The position numbers and the translations under genes were made by a program. DNA of 64,000 nt from an uncultured Clostridia bacterium. GTDB lineage: Bacteria > Bacillota > Clostridia > TANB77 > CAG-508. Of the stretch, positions 8,753 to 17,815 are shown piece after piece. Under the pieces are notes generated by a model. It was not told where the DNA came from. It searched no databases and worked only from the letters and a program-made list of their open reading frames with translations. How positions within the stretch are numbered: the stretch's first letter is position 1; every line of letters begins with the position of its first letter. The stretch is taken from assembly GCA_944386655.1 (NCBI GenBank), contig CALXBX010000004.1, forward strand, positions 2,595 through 66,594, in the 5' to 3' direction.

Positions 8753-10958
8753 TTAAAACTCCACAAACACATTACTTCCTTTATTTACCGTAATTCCCTT
8801 ACTTGGTGTTTGACTTTTCACTATTGTGTTTTTGGCATCTATCTCTTCTGTTTGTTCCTCTTCTGTATACATTTCCAATCCTAATTCTTTTAATACCTTA
8901 TCCGCTTCTTCTACTGTTAATCCTTCTACATTTGGCACTTCTACTTGTTCTATTACTTCTACGTTATTTTCATCATCTTTTGGAATTTCTAAATAAGGAA
9001 GTACTTCTCCAAATATTTGAGATCCTATTGGTGCTGCTACACCACCTCCTTGGTGTCCTCCTTCTCCTGTTGGATTATATAGTGTTATTAATACTGCCAC
9101 TTGTGGGTCAGATATAGGTGCTACTCCTATAAAAGAAGTAACGTATTTTCCTGTATTGACACCATCTTCTGAAGTCCCTGTTTTTCCTCCTATGCGGTAG
9201 CCTTTTACCTGTGCATTTTTTCCTGTTCCTTCTGCTACTACCGTTTCCATCATACTTAGCACATTTTTGGCAGTTTCCTCTGAAATAACTCTATCTTTTT
9301 TGATGACTTCCACTTCTTTTCTTTCTCCTGTCTGACTATCTACAATTGCTTTTACAATTCTTGGCTTCACATAAGTTCCTCCGGTTTGCAATAGTAGATA
9401 CCATGGTAATCATTTGCAAAGGTGTTACTTCAAATCTTTGCCCAAAGGCAATGGTGCCTAGTTCTACTGGTCCCACTTTATTTTCTGCTAGGAAGATGCC
9501 TTTTGCTTCTCCTGGCAGGTCTATTCCTGTTTTCCTTAAAAATCCAAATTTGTTTAAATAGCTATAATAGGTCTGTACTCCTAATTTTTGCCCTAATCCT
9601 ATAAAAACAGGGTTACAAGAATTCATTAGTGCTTGCCTTAAGCTTTCTGGTCCATGTGGTCTATAATATCTCCAACATTTCATTCTTACTCCTGCAATTT
9701 CAATCGAACCCGTACAACAAAATTCTCCTTCTTTATCTGTTGTGGTAATTCCTTCTTCTAATGCTGCAGAAGCTGTTACTAATTTAAAGGTAGAGCCTGG
9801 CTCGTAAGTATCGGATATTGCTTTATTTCTCCACATTGCTTGCAAATTTGTGTTTTTCTCTTCTGTGGTTAGGGTATCCCAAGTTAGTTTTAATTCGTCT
9901 GTATTAGGGGTATATGGTTCATTCAAATTATAATTAGGATAACCTGCCATTGCTAATATATCCCCTGTTTTGGGATTCATAATAATAATATTTCCTCCAT
10001 CTGTACACACATTATCGATACAAGCTTCTTGCAAATATTTTTCTGCAATTCCTTGAATAGTGCTATCTATACTTAAAATTAAATCGTTTCCATCTATGGC
10101 TGGAGTGTAATTTTCTTGTGTATTGTCAATATCTCCTCCCTTGGCATCTGTCATTTTGCTAATGCTACCTTTTTCTCCTTTTAATTCTTCTTCATAAATG
10201 GCTTCTATGCCATTTAGCCCTTGGTTATCGCTACCACAAAAACCAATTACTTGTGATGCTAAATTGTTAAAAGGATAATATCTTTTGGTATCCTCATCTA
10301 TATTAATTCCTGTTTCTATGCCATTTTCTTGCATCCAAACACGCAAAACATCTGCTCTTTCTTTTTCTACTTTTTTAATAATGGTTTCAATGGAGCTATT
10401 TTTCTTTACTTTTTTTAGCACCGTTTCATAATCTAATTCAAAAATATCTGAAAGTGCTTTTGCTACTTTTTCTTTATCTTCTTTTGCAATATTAACAGGA
10501 TTTACTGTAATCGTTTGTACAGTAGCACTCACTGCTAATTCTACTTTCCCTGTTGCATCATAAATGGTTCCTCTTTTAGGATTAATCTTTCTATCTAATG
10601 TTTGTTGCCTATATGCCATAGCTTGCAATTCTTCTCCTTGTACAAATTGGATATAGGCAATTCTTGTTAGTAAGGCTGCTAGAATACTAATGGCAATTAT
10701 CATTTCCCATTTCATTCTTTTCTTTCTTGTAATATTTCCTATATTTTCTTCTCTCTTTGCTTCTTTTTTCCCTAACTTTTTAAAATTGATAGGCTTTCTT
10801 TTTTTCCATTTTTCTATTTCCTTATTTCTATCTTCTTTTTTTATTTTCTTTTCTAGTTTTTCTTTTAGTATTTGCTGTGCTGTTCTTTTCTTTTTTCTTT
10901 CTTTTTCTATTTGATGATTTTGTTTTTTCAAATCTAAAACCTCACTTCTACCATACAC
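8753..10958 (-). pseudogene. Class B penicillin-binding protein (FtsI/PBP2B/SpoVD-type) of the dcw cluster, split by a 1-nt frameshift
   Basis: ORFs 9336..10958 and 8753..9391 are collinear with the intact paralog at 15401..17728. SxxK (STFK) and SxN (SCN) lie in the first ORF; KTG (GKTGT) and one PASTA domain lie in the second. The coding strand reads ATT GCA AAC C GGA GGA ACT TAT, giving IAN/GGTYVKPRIV, with an extra C at 9383/9384. The exact start is uncertain (GTG 10958 or TTG 10931). Confidence 0.8.
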
Positions 10959-11065
10959 TCTTATTTTATTTGTATTTTAGAAATGCTATTTTATGACTTT
11001 GTTTTAAGCATAAAAAAATAGAGTATATCCCCAATAATGGTTTTATATTCTATCTCTTTTCTCTA

Positions 11066-11584
11066 TTAATGAATACTTTGCGTTAATATTTCTATAATTC
11101 TATCCCACAATGTTTTATCTTCTTCTATGATAACCTCTTCTGTTGCAGATTGTACATAGTCTTTTTTGTCTAAATTGACATATACTTTTTGACTATTATC
11201 TAATTTCTGCATTCCTAGTCTTTCTTTAGCTAGCTGCTCGATATTTGTAAGATTTAAACTATTTTCTATATTTACTTTTAATTGTTCATTTTCTTTTTCT
11301 ATTGTTGCTAAATTTTTCTTTAGCGTTTCTTTTTCATTAAAGCTTTCTGTGATAAGTGAGTTTTGATAACTAATGGCAAAAAGAACAGCAAATCCAAGTA
11401 GTATATATAACACCACTTTTGCTTTTGGCCTTAAACGTACTTTTAATTTTGTTTTTTTCTTGTTCTTTGTTTTTGTGCTAGTATGCTTTTTTTGTTTTTC
11501 TTCTTGTGGTAAATCATACTCTGGTTGTATTTTTCTAGGGCTTGTCTCATACTGATAACCATTATATCTTGCCCCATTTGCCAT
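11066..11584 (-). CDS. ftsL: Cell division protein FtsL-like (single TM plus coiled coil)
   Basis: Position between rsmH and the PBP. Basic N-terminal tail, TM VVLYILLGFAVLFAISY, then a coiled coil (LKKNLATIEKENEQLKVNIE). Start chosen at ATG 11584, which has an AGGTGAG RBS 6 nt upstream. The track start at 11626 is a TTG without an RBS. Confidence 0.65.
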   Translation of the reverse strand: MANGARYNGYQYETSPRKIQPEYDLPQEEKQKKHTSTKTKNKKKTKLKVRLRPKAKVVLYILLGFAVLFAISYQNSLITESFNEKETLKKNLATIEKENEQLKVNIENSLNLTNIEQLAKERLGMQKLDNSQKVYVNLDKKDYVQSATEEVIIEEDKTLWDRIIEILTQSIH

Positions 11585-11612
11585 TTGTTTCTCACCTACC
11601 TTTCTTTTGTTT

Positions 11613-12542
11613 TTATTGTTTTTCAAATATTCTTAGTTTTGCACTCTTAGACCTTGTATTTTCTTTTTGCTCTTCTAGTCCTGCCTCTATTGGTTTTTTA
11701 TTTATCATTTTTCCTTCTGATTTACATCCACATACACAGTAAGGTAAATCTTTTGGACAAGTGCATACTCCTTCTGCTTGTACCATTGCTTTTTTTACGC
11801 TTCTATCTTCTAAGGAATGAAATGTAATAACACATAACCTTCCTTTTGACTTTAAACATTCTATAGATTGTTTTACTGTTTCAAACAATGGCTCTATTTC
11901 ATTATTCACTTCTATTCTAATAGCCTGAAAAGTTCTCTTTGCTGGATGTCCTTCTTTTTGTTTTGCTTTCGGAATAGAGTTTTCTATAATAGAAACAAGC
12001 TGCATTGTTGTTTCTATCGGCTTTTGTTTTCTTTCTTTTATTATATTTCTTACAATTTGTCTTGCAAATTTTTCTTCTCCATACTCTTGTAAGATATGAA
12101 TTAATTTTTCTTCTGAATAGGAATTTACTACATCGTAAGCTGTTAAATCTTGCGTTTGATCCATTCTCATATCTAGCTTTGCCTCTCCCATGTAACTAAA
12201 TCCTCTTGCTCTTTCATCTAATTGATAAGAAGATACTCCTAAGTCTAATAAAATACCATCTACTTTATCGATTGCTAATTCTTCCAATATATTTTTTAAA
12301 TCATCATGATTTCCATGGATATAGGTAATGTTGGAAAACTCTTTTAAATTTTCTTTGGCGGCTTCTAGTGCTTCTGTATCTCTGTCTATAGCAATTAGTC
12401 TTCCTTGGGCTGACAATTTTTTAGCAATTTCTCTGCTATGCCCTCCTCCACCGAGTGTTCCATCCACATAAATGCCATCTGGACGAATTTGCAAACCTTC
12501 TATACATTCTTTTAAAAGTACTGGTTTATGTTCAAATTTCAA
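11613..12542 (-). CDS. rsmH: 16S rRNA (cytosine1402-N4)-methyltransferase RsmH (MraW)
   Basis: The GTLGGGGHS SAM-binding motif and full-length similarity pattern to RsmH. TTG start with AGAGGTG RBS. Position downstream of mraZ. Confidence 0.9.
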   Translation of the reverse strand: MKFEHKPVLLKECIEGLQIRPDGIYVDGTLGGGGHSREIAKKLSAQGRLIAIDRDTEALEAAKENLKEFSNITYIHGNHDDLKNILEELAIDKVDGILLDLGVSSYQLDERARGFSYMGEAKLDMRMDQTQDLTAYDVVNSYSEEKLIHILQEYGEEKFARQIVRNIIKERKQKPIETTMQLVSIIENSIPKAKQKEGHPAKRTFQAIRIEVNNEIEPLFETVKQSIECLKSKGRLCVITFHSLEDRSVKKAMVQAEGVCTCPKDLPYCVCGCKSEGKMINKKPIEAGLEEQKENTRSKSAKLRIFEKQ

Positions 12543-12577
12543 TGTGTCACCTCTATTTTTGCAAATATAGCATAATC

Positions 12578-12603
12578 AGTTGGTATTATAAAATACCAAC
12601 TGT
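12578..12603. other. Perfect 10-bp-stem hairpin/palindrome just upstream of rsmH
   Basis: CAGTTGGTAT-tataaa-ATACCAACTG. No adjacent U-tract on the minus strand, so it is not a canonical terminator. Confidence 0.6.
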
Positions 12604-12690
12604 TCATGCCACTTTTTTAGTTTTTTCTTATGTATCTCTTCCCTATGTATTTTCTTATCTTTCGTAATAATATTTTCTTTTGTAATTGGC

Positions 12691-12873
12691 TTTTTATCTT
12701 ATTCCTTTGTGTCTTTTCTTTTTTATCTTTAGAAAAGCTTTTTTCTTTTTATCTTTTGTGTTTTCTGTTTTTTTCTTTAGTAAAAGGATTTTTTATTTTT
12801 ATCTTTTGTAAATTTGTTTTTTATCTTTTGTTATTTTTCTCTTTTGTGTTTTTCTTATTTTTCTTTTGTGTGG
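12691..12873. repeat. Degenerate direct repeats of TTTTTATCTTTTGT (coding-strand ACAAAAGATAAAAA) in the mraZ-rsmH spacer
   Basis: Three perfect 14-mers lie at 12746-12759, 12796-12809 and 12818-12831. Degenerate copies lie near 12691, 12719, 12841 and 12863. Confidence 0.55.
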
Positions 12874-12893
12874 TTTATATAAACTTTTGCAAG

Positions 12894-13325
12894 TTATATA
12901 CCAAGCATTGTCATATTTTCTGCAATTTCATCTGCTGAAATATTTTCTTCGCTATTATAGACTTTCCATTTGTCTTTATTCCATATTTCCAATCTAGTTC
13001 CTACACCAATAATGACTACATCTTTTTCCATATTGGCATACTCTCTTAAGTTGCTGGCAATTAGGAATCTCCCCTGTTTGTCTATTTCGCATTCTATTGC
13101 TCCTGACAAGAAAAATCTAACGAAATCTCTTGCATTTTTATTGGTAAGTGGAAGTGTTTTTAGTTTTTCTTCAAAATTTGCCCATTCTGTTTGTGAAAAT
13201 CCGAAAAGACATCCGTCTAATCCTTTGGTTACGATGAATTTTTCTCCCATATCTTCTCTTAACTTGGCTGGCATAATTAGTCTGCCTTTTGCATCAAGAG
13301 AATGCTCATATTCACCGATTAACAC
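12894..13325 (-). CDS. mraZ: Transcriptional regulator MraZ
   Basis: [24 protein letters not shown]... with duplicated SpoVT/AbrB-like halves (DAKGR / DKQGR). GTG start with AGGAGGTG RBS. Confidence 0.9.
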   Translation of the reverse strand: MLIGEYEHSLDAKGRLIMPAKLREDMGEKFIVTKGLDGCLFGFSQTEWANFEEKLKTLPLTNKNARDFVRFFLSGAIECEIDKQGRFLIASNLREYANMEKDVVIIGVGTRLEIWNKDKWKVYNSEENISADEIAENMTMLGI

Positions 13326-13352
13326 TTTGTTTCACCTCCTGGGATTTTTATT

Positions 13353-13378
13353 CCACTTTCTACCACTTCTCTCCACTT
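13353..13378 (-). promoter_or_regulatory. Putative MraZ operator: three AAGTGG direct repeats with exact 10-bp phasing
   Basis: The minus strand reads GAAGTGGAGAGAAGTGGTAGAAAGTGGAAT (plus-strand CCACTT at 13353, 13363, 13373). It lies between the predicted promoter and the mraZ RBS. Confidence 0.7.
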
Positions 13379-13385
13379 CGATTAA

Positions 13386-13414
13386 ATTGTAATACAAGTA
13401 TTTTGAAAAATCAA
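13386..13414 (-). promoter_or_regulatory. Predicted sigma-A promoter of the mraZ operon
   Basis: Minus strand: TTGATT (-35), 17-nt spacer, TACAAT (-10). The MraZ boxes begin just downstream of the expected TSS. Confidence 0.5.
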
Positions 13415-13442
13415 GTGTTTTTTTGAATTTTTTTATTTTTTA

Positions 13443-13477
13443 TGAAAAAAAAACACCTTGCCATTTTTGCAAAGTGT
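13443..13477 (-). terminator. Rho-independent terminator after the sortase gene
   Basis: Minus strand: ACACUUUGC-aaaaaug-GCAAGGUGU followed by a run of 9-10 U. Confidence 0.75.
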
Positions 13478-13510
13478 TTTTTAATTATTTATTTTATTAT
13501 TTTTGTCTTA

Positions 13511-14260
13511 TTACATTGCTCTTGCTTTCACCACTAATCTTTGTTGTCCATAATTGGTACAAGTAATTAAGGTTACTTCTTTATTTCCATTGGTTAGCTG
13601 ACTGGTACAAGCTACATCGGTTGGTTCTACTACGTATTTATCATATACTGTATATTTTAAAGTCTTTCCATCCATATCTGTTAATTCTACAGTATCACCA
13701 CTTACAATTTCGTTTAGTCTACCAAACATTTTCTTATTTTTATAGTTATGCCCCACAATACAATAATTTCCTACTTCGTTTGGACCTGGTCCCCAATATT
13801 TATTCAAAGAAATTTTTAATAACTCTTCTGATGTTTCTGATATAATAGGATAATTAATGGATAATCTTGGTATATTTAATACTGCTTCTACTGTGTAGGT
13901 TGTTCCATTGCTTGCAGTATAGGTTTGTGTTGTAATTTTATTCGTTGGTTTTATAATTTGACTATCCAAATCTGCATCATCTTCAATGGCTACTATTATT
14001 ACATCATCCGTAGTTTTTCTTGTAGTGGTATCTTCTGTAACTATTGGTTCCTTATTTTGCTCGTTTTGCAATTGTACTTCTGCCAAAATTTGCTGAGATA
14101 CTTCTTCGCTTTTATTTCTATCATATTCTGCATAGATATAATAGGAGGATAATAGACATACTACTAAAACAGAAATAAAAAACTGCAATTTATATAGTTT
14201 CTTTTTTCTGCGTAATTCTGGTGTTATATATAATTTTTGTGTTACCAAAATTTGATTCAT
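13511..14260 (-). CDS. Sortase (cysteine transpeptidase), membrane-anchored
   Basis: N-terminal TM (FFISVLVVCLLSSYYIY), the catalytic His context CIVGHNY, the TLITC Cys motif (EVTLITCTNYG) and a C-terminal Arg (VVKARA). Confidence 0.85.
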   Translation of the reverse strand: MNQILVTQKLYITPELRRKKKLYKLQFFISVLVVCLLSSYYIYAEYDRNKSEEVSQQILAEVQLQNEQNKEPIVTEDTTTRKTTDDVIIVAIEDDADLDSQIIKPTNKITTQTYTASNGTTYTVEAVLNIPRLSINYPIISETSEELLKISLNKYWGPGPNEVGNYCIVGHNYKNKKMFGRLNEIVSGDTVELTDMDGKTLKYTVYDKYVVEPTDVACTSQLTNGNKEVTLITCTNYGQQRLVVKARAM

Positions 14261-14402
14261 TTTTTCCTCCTTTTCCGTGATTTTATTATAGCATACCCAC
14301 TAGTTCTTTTTCAAGATTTTTTCTCATTCTTTTCGCTAAATTTGTTACTTCTAGATGGAACTTTCTTCTATCTTTCTAAAATGGATAAAGGTAGCAATAC
14401 AT

Positions 14403-15245
14403 CTAAACCTTTTGTGCTATTTCTGCAAACTGTTCTAATGTTAAATTTTCTCCTCGGGTTGTTTCTGGTAAATTCAATTCTTGCATAATTTCTTTTAGTT
14501 TATTTTTTTCTATTAATCCACTATTTCCTATTCCATTTAAAAGTGTTTTTCTTCTTTGCATAAAGGATGCTTTAATAAGTGAAAATAAGAATTTTTCATC
14601 TTTTACTTGTACTTTTGATTTATCTCGAAGAATTAATTGAATAACCTCCGAATCCACCTCTGGCGCTGGTATAAAACTTTGTCTTGGCACTTCTACTACT
14701 TCTTTTGTTTCACAATAATATTCTACCCCATAAGTAATCGCACCACATAATTTATCCCCTGTTTTGGCGGTTAATCTTTTTGCCACTTCTTTTTGTACCA
14801 TTACTGTAATTGTCTTTACTGGCAGTCTATCCTCTAATAATTTCATAATAATAGGTGTAGTAATATAATAAGGAAGATTAGCTACAATTTTTACTTCTCG
14901 TATATTTTCTTCTTTTTCTATATATTCTTTTAATGGTACTTTTAAGATATCTTGGTGAACAAGTTCTAAATTTTGATATAAAAAAAATCTTTCTTGTAAG
15001 ATGGGTATCATTTTTTCGTCTAGTTCTACTGCAATTACTTTTTTTGCTTTTTCTAATAGTTCTTTTGTTAAAGTACCTAATCCTGGACCTATTTCTATGA
15101 CTAAATCTTCCTTTGTAATATCTGCTGCTTCTATTGTTTTTTCTACAACAGTATCTTCTATTAAAAAGTTTTGTCCTAATTTTTTATTGGCGTGAATATG
15201 ATATTTTTTTAACAACTGCATGGTATCTCTATATACATTTTCCAT
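14403..15245 (-). CDS. rsmA: 16S rRNA (adenine1518/1519-N6)-dimethyltransferase RsmA/KsgA
   Basis: KKLGQNFL, EIGPGLGTLT and NLPYYITTPI motifs. Start preferred at ATG 15245, which has an AGAGGA RBS; the track start is 15272. Confidence 0.9.
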   Translation of the reverse strand: MENVYRDTMQLLKKYHIHANKKLGQNFLIEDTVVEKTIEAADITKEDLVIEIGPGLGTLTKELLEKAKKVIAVELDEKMIPILQERFFLYQNLELVHQDILKVPLKEYIEKEENIREVKIVANLPYYITTPIIMKLLEDRLPVKTITVMVQKEVAKRLTAKTGDKLCGAITYGVEYYCETKEVVEVPRQSFIPAPEVDSEVIQLILRDKSKVQVKDEKFLFSLIKASFMQRRKTLLNGIGNSGLIEKNKLKEIMQELNLPETTRGENLTLEQFAEIAQKV

Positions 15246-15400
15246 TTTCTTTCCTCTTTCTTTCGTTACCATTTTATCAAATTTTCTTTTCTATGTAAAT
15301 GGTTTTTGTTCTTTTCGTATATGTTAATGATGTGAATTTTTTGTGATTATATTGCTTTTTGGTAGATTTTAGGTTAGAATAGCATTGGTGAAGTAGAATT

Positions 15401-17728
15401 ATGAAAAATCAAAAGTCAAATTCTTCGAAGAGACCTAAAAAGAAAAAAGTGATTTCTTTGTCTTCTAAGAAGAAAAAAGAAAACGAGAAAAGAGTATTAA
15501 AAAAAGATTTTGCTACTCGTAAAAAAGAGCAAGAAATGAATAATAGACCTATCCCTCCTAAGAGACTTTTAAAATGTGCTGTATTTGTACTAGTTCTATT
15601 AGTTTGTTTGACAGTTCGTATTGGATTTTTACAATTTGTACAAGGAAGCGAACTAAAAGCTGCTGCTACTCGTAGTCAAACGGCTAATCGTGTTATTAGT
15701 CCTAAAAGAGGTAGTATTTATGATGCTACTGGAAAAGTTTTAGCAACTAGTGCACCAGTGGATACGGTAACTATTAATCCTAAGCTAATAAAAACAGATA
15801 ACAAAGAAAAAGTGGCAAAAGCTTTTTCGGATATTTTTGGTTTAGACTATGAAGAAACTTTGCAAAAAGTAAGCAGCGAAAAAGAAGTAGAAACCATTAT
15901 TCGAAAAGTAGAAAAAGAGCAAATCGATTCTTTAAAAACATGGATGAACGAAAACAGTATTTATTCTGGTATTAATATTGATGAGGATTCTAAAAGATAT
16001 TATCCTTATGGCACACTTGCTTCTAATTTAATTGGTTTTTGTGATACAGATAACCAAGGCTTAGAAGGTTTAGAGTTATATTGGGATTCTGTACTAACAG
16101 GTACACCTGGTAAAATTGTTAGTAGCCAAGATGCGGTAAGTGAATTTATCCCTGATGAAAATGAGACTTACATAGCAGCTGAAAATGGTAGTGATATTAC
16201 TTTATCTATAGACGCCAATATTCAGGCCATTGTAGAAAAATATTTGAAGCAAGCTTGTATTGAAAATATTTGTGGAAATGGCGGAACTGCCATTATTATG
16301 CGTCCATCTACTGGCGATATTTTAGCAATGGCTACTTATCCCGATTATGATTTAAATAATCCACGTTCTGCTCCTAGTTCTTTTGATGTAACTACTTGGA
16401 ATGCTATGTCTAGCACAGAACAGGTAAATGAACTTTATCAAGTATGGAGAAATAGGGCAGTTTCTAATACTTACGAACCTGGTTCTACTTTTAAAATTAT
16501 TACTGCTTCTGTAGGTTTAGAGGAAAATTTAGTAAGTACTGATACACCAGGCGACTTCATTTGTAATGGCTATGAGATGGTAAGTGGTACAAAAATTAAT
16601 TGTTGGAAAAAAATTACCACTCATGGTTCCCAAACTTTAAGACAAGCTCTTATGAATTCTTGTAATCCTGCTTTAATGCAATTAGGAAAGCGCATTGGTG
16701 CAGAAACTTTATATAAATATTATGAAGCTTTCGGGCTATTTAGCAAAACAGGAATTGCCACAGCAGGCGAGGTAAACAGTAATTTTTGGGATTTAGAGGA
16801 TGTAGGACCTGTGGAACTTGCTACTATGTCTTTTGGTCAGAGATTTACTATTACACCTCTTCAATTAATTACGGCTGTATCTTCTATTGCTAATGATGGT
16901 GTTTTAATGCAACCTCGTATTGTAACCCAGGTAACCAACACGGATAATAACTCTGTTACTACTATTGAACCAACTAAAGTAAGACAAGTGCTTTCTACTG
17001 ATACTTGTGATAAAATTATAGATATGCTAGAATCTGTTGTTACAGATGGTACTGGTCGTTATGGTCAAGTGGCAGGATATTCTGTTGCTGGAAAAACAGG
17101 AACTTCTGAGCCAAACCCAGCACACCCAGAAGAAGGCTATGTAGCTTCTTTTATTGGTATTTCTCCTGTAGAAGATCCAGAAGTAGTGGTATTAGTTACT
17201 TTATATAATCCACAAGGAGAAAGCAACCAAGGTGGTCAAATTGCAGGTCCTGTTGTTTCTCAAATTTTATCAGAAGTACTTCCTTATTTAGGAATTGCAT
17301 CTGATGATTTGTCACAATCTGATGCTTCCGATTCTTTAACAACAACTGTTTTACAAGATGTACGTAACAAAACTGTAGCAGAAGCTAAGAAAATATTAGA
17401 AAATGCAGGATTTACTTGTAATTTCTCTGGTACAGATACTTCTCAAATTGTGACAGACCAAGTACCAAAGCCAGGAACCTCTTTATTAAAAGATGCCACC
17501 GTTCAATTATATACTGCTACTAATAATGCAAGAGTATCACAAACGGTACCAAACTTAAAAGGAATGAGTTATGCTAGGGCAAAAAATGCTTTAGAAGCTA
17601 AAAATTTAAATATTCATGTTACTGGTTCTGGAACTGTTTTATCGCAAGACCCTATGGCTGGAACTACTGTAGAAGAAGGTACAGTTATTAATGTTACTTT
17701 GCAAAAAGAAATTCAAGATGCGCACTAG
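15401..17728 (+). CDS. Class B penicillin-binding protein (SpoVD/FtsI/PBP2B-type) with two C-terminal PASTA domains; intact paralog of the frameshifted dcw PBP
   Basis: STFK, SCN and GKTGT motifs. Two PASTA-like repeats lie at the C-terminus (VLQDVRNKTVAEAKKILENAGF...; VPNLKGMSYARAKNALEAKNL...). Lys-rich N-terminal tail followed by a TM. Confidence 0.9.
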   Translation: MKNQKSNSSKRPKKKKVISLSSKKKKENEKRVLKKDFATRKKEQEMNNRPIPPKRLLKCAVFVLVLLVCLTVRIGFLQFVQGSELKAAATRSQTANRVISPKRGSIYDATGKVLATSAPVDTVTINPKLIKTDNKEKVAKAFSDIFGLDYEETLQKVSSEKEVETIIRKVEKEQIDSLKTWMNENSIYSGINIDEDSKRYYPYGTLASNLIGFCDTDNQGLEGLELYWDSVLTGTPGKIVSSQDAVSEFIPDENETYIAAENGSDITLSIDANIQAIVEKYLKQACIENICGNGGTAIIMRPSTGDILAMATYPDYDLNNPRSAPSSFDVTTWNAMSSTEQVNELYQVWRNRAVSNTYEPGSTFKIITASVGLEENLVSTDTPGDFICNGYEMVSGTKINCWKKITTHGSQTLRQALMNSCNPALMQLGKRIGAETLYKYYEAFGLFSKTGIATAGEVNSNFWDLEDVGPVELATMSFGQRFTITPLQLITAVSSIANDGVLMQPRIVTQVTNTDNNSVTTIEPTKVRQVLSTDTCDKIIDMLESVVTDGTGRYGQVAGYSVAGKTGTSEPNPAHPEEGYVASFIGISPVEDPEVVVLVTLYNPQGESNQGGQIAGPVVSQILSEVLPYLGIASDDLSQSDASDSLTTTVLQDVRNKTVAEAKKILENAGFTCNFSGTDTSQIVTDQVPKPGTSLLKDATVQLYTATNNARVSQTVPNLKGMSYARAKNALEAKNLNIHVTGSGTVLSQDPMAGTTVEEGTVINVTLQKEIQDAH

Positions 17729-17763
17729 GTTACATTAAATTTAAAAAAATTTTCTATTTGCTT

Positions 17764-17809
17764 GCCGGAAATCTTCGTAAATTTCAAATGACTTACGAGA
17801 GTTTCCGGC
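17764..17809. terminator. Long imperfect hairpin between convergent genes, a probable bidirectional terminator
   Basis: GCCGGAAATCTTCGTAA...TTACGAGAGTTTCCGGC. The outer 8 bp are perfect and the inner stem has one mismatch and two wobbles. A T-rich flank on the plus strand follows the PBP gene. Confidence 0.55.
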
Positions 17810-17815
17810 ATCTTT

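Noticed and set aside
8753-9391. Treating 8753..9391 and 9336..10958 as two independent genes
   Set aside because: The two ORFs are consecutive parts of one class B PBP, collinear with the paralog at 15401..17728. The second ORF's 'start' is an in-frame TTG inside the conserved IANGG region.
12630-12938. 102-aa plus-strand ORF (F/L-rich) in the mraZ-rsmH spacer
   Set aside because: It is a translation of a T-rich low-complexity spacer. It has no RBS, overlaps the mraZ 3' end on the opposite strand, and its composition is typical of spurious ORFs in AT-rich DNA.
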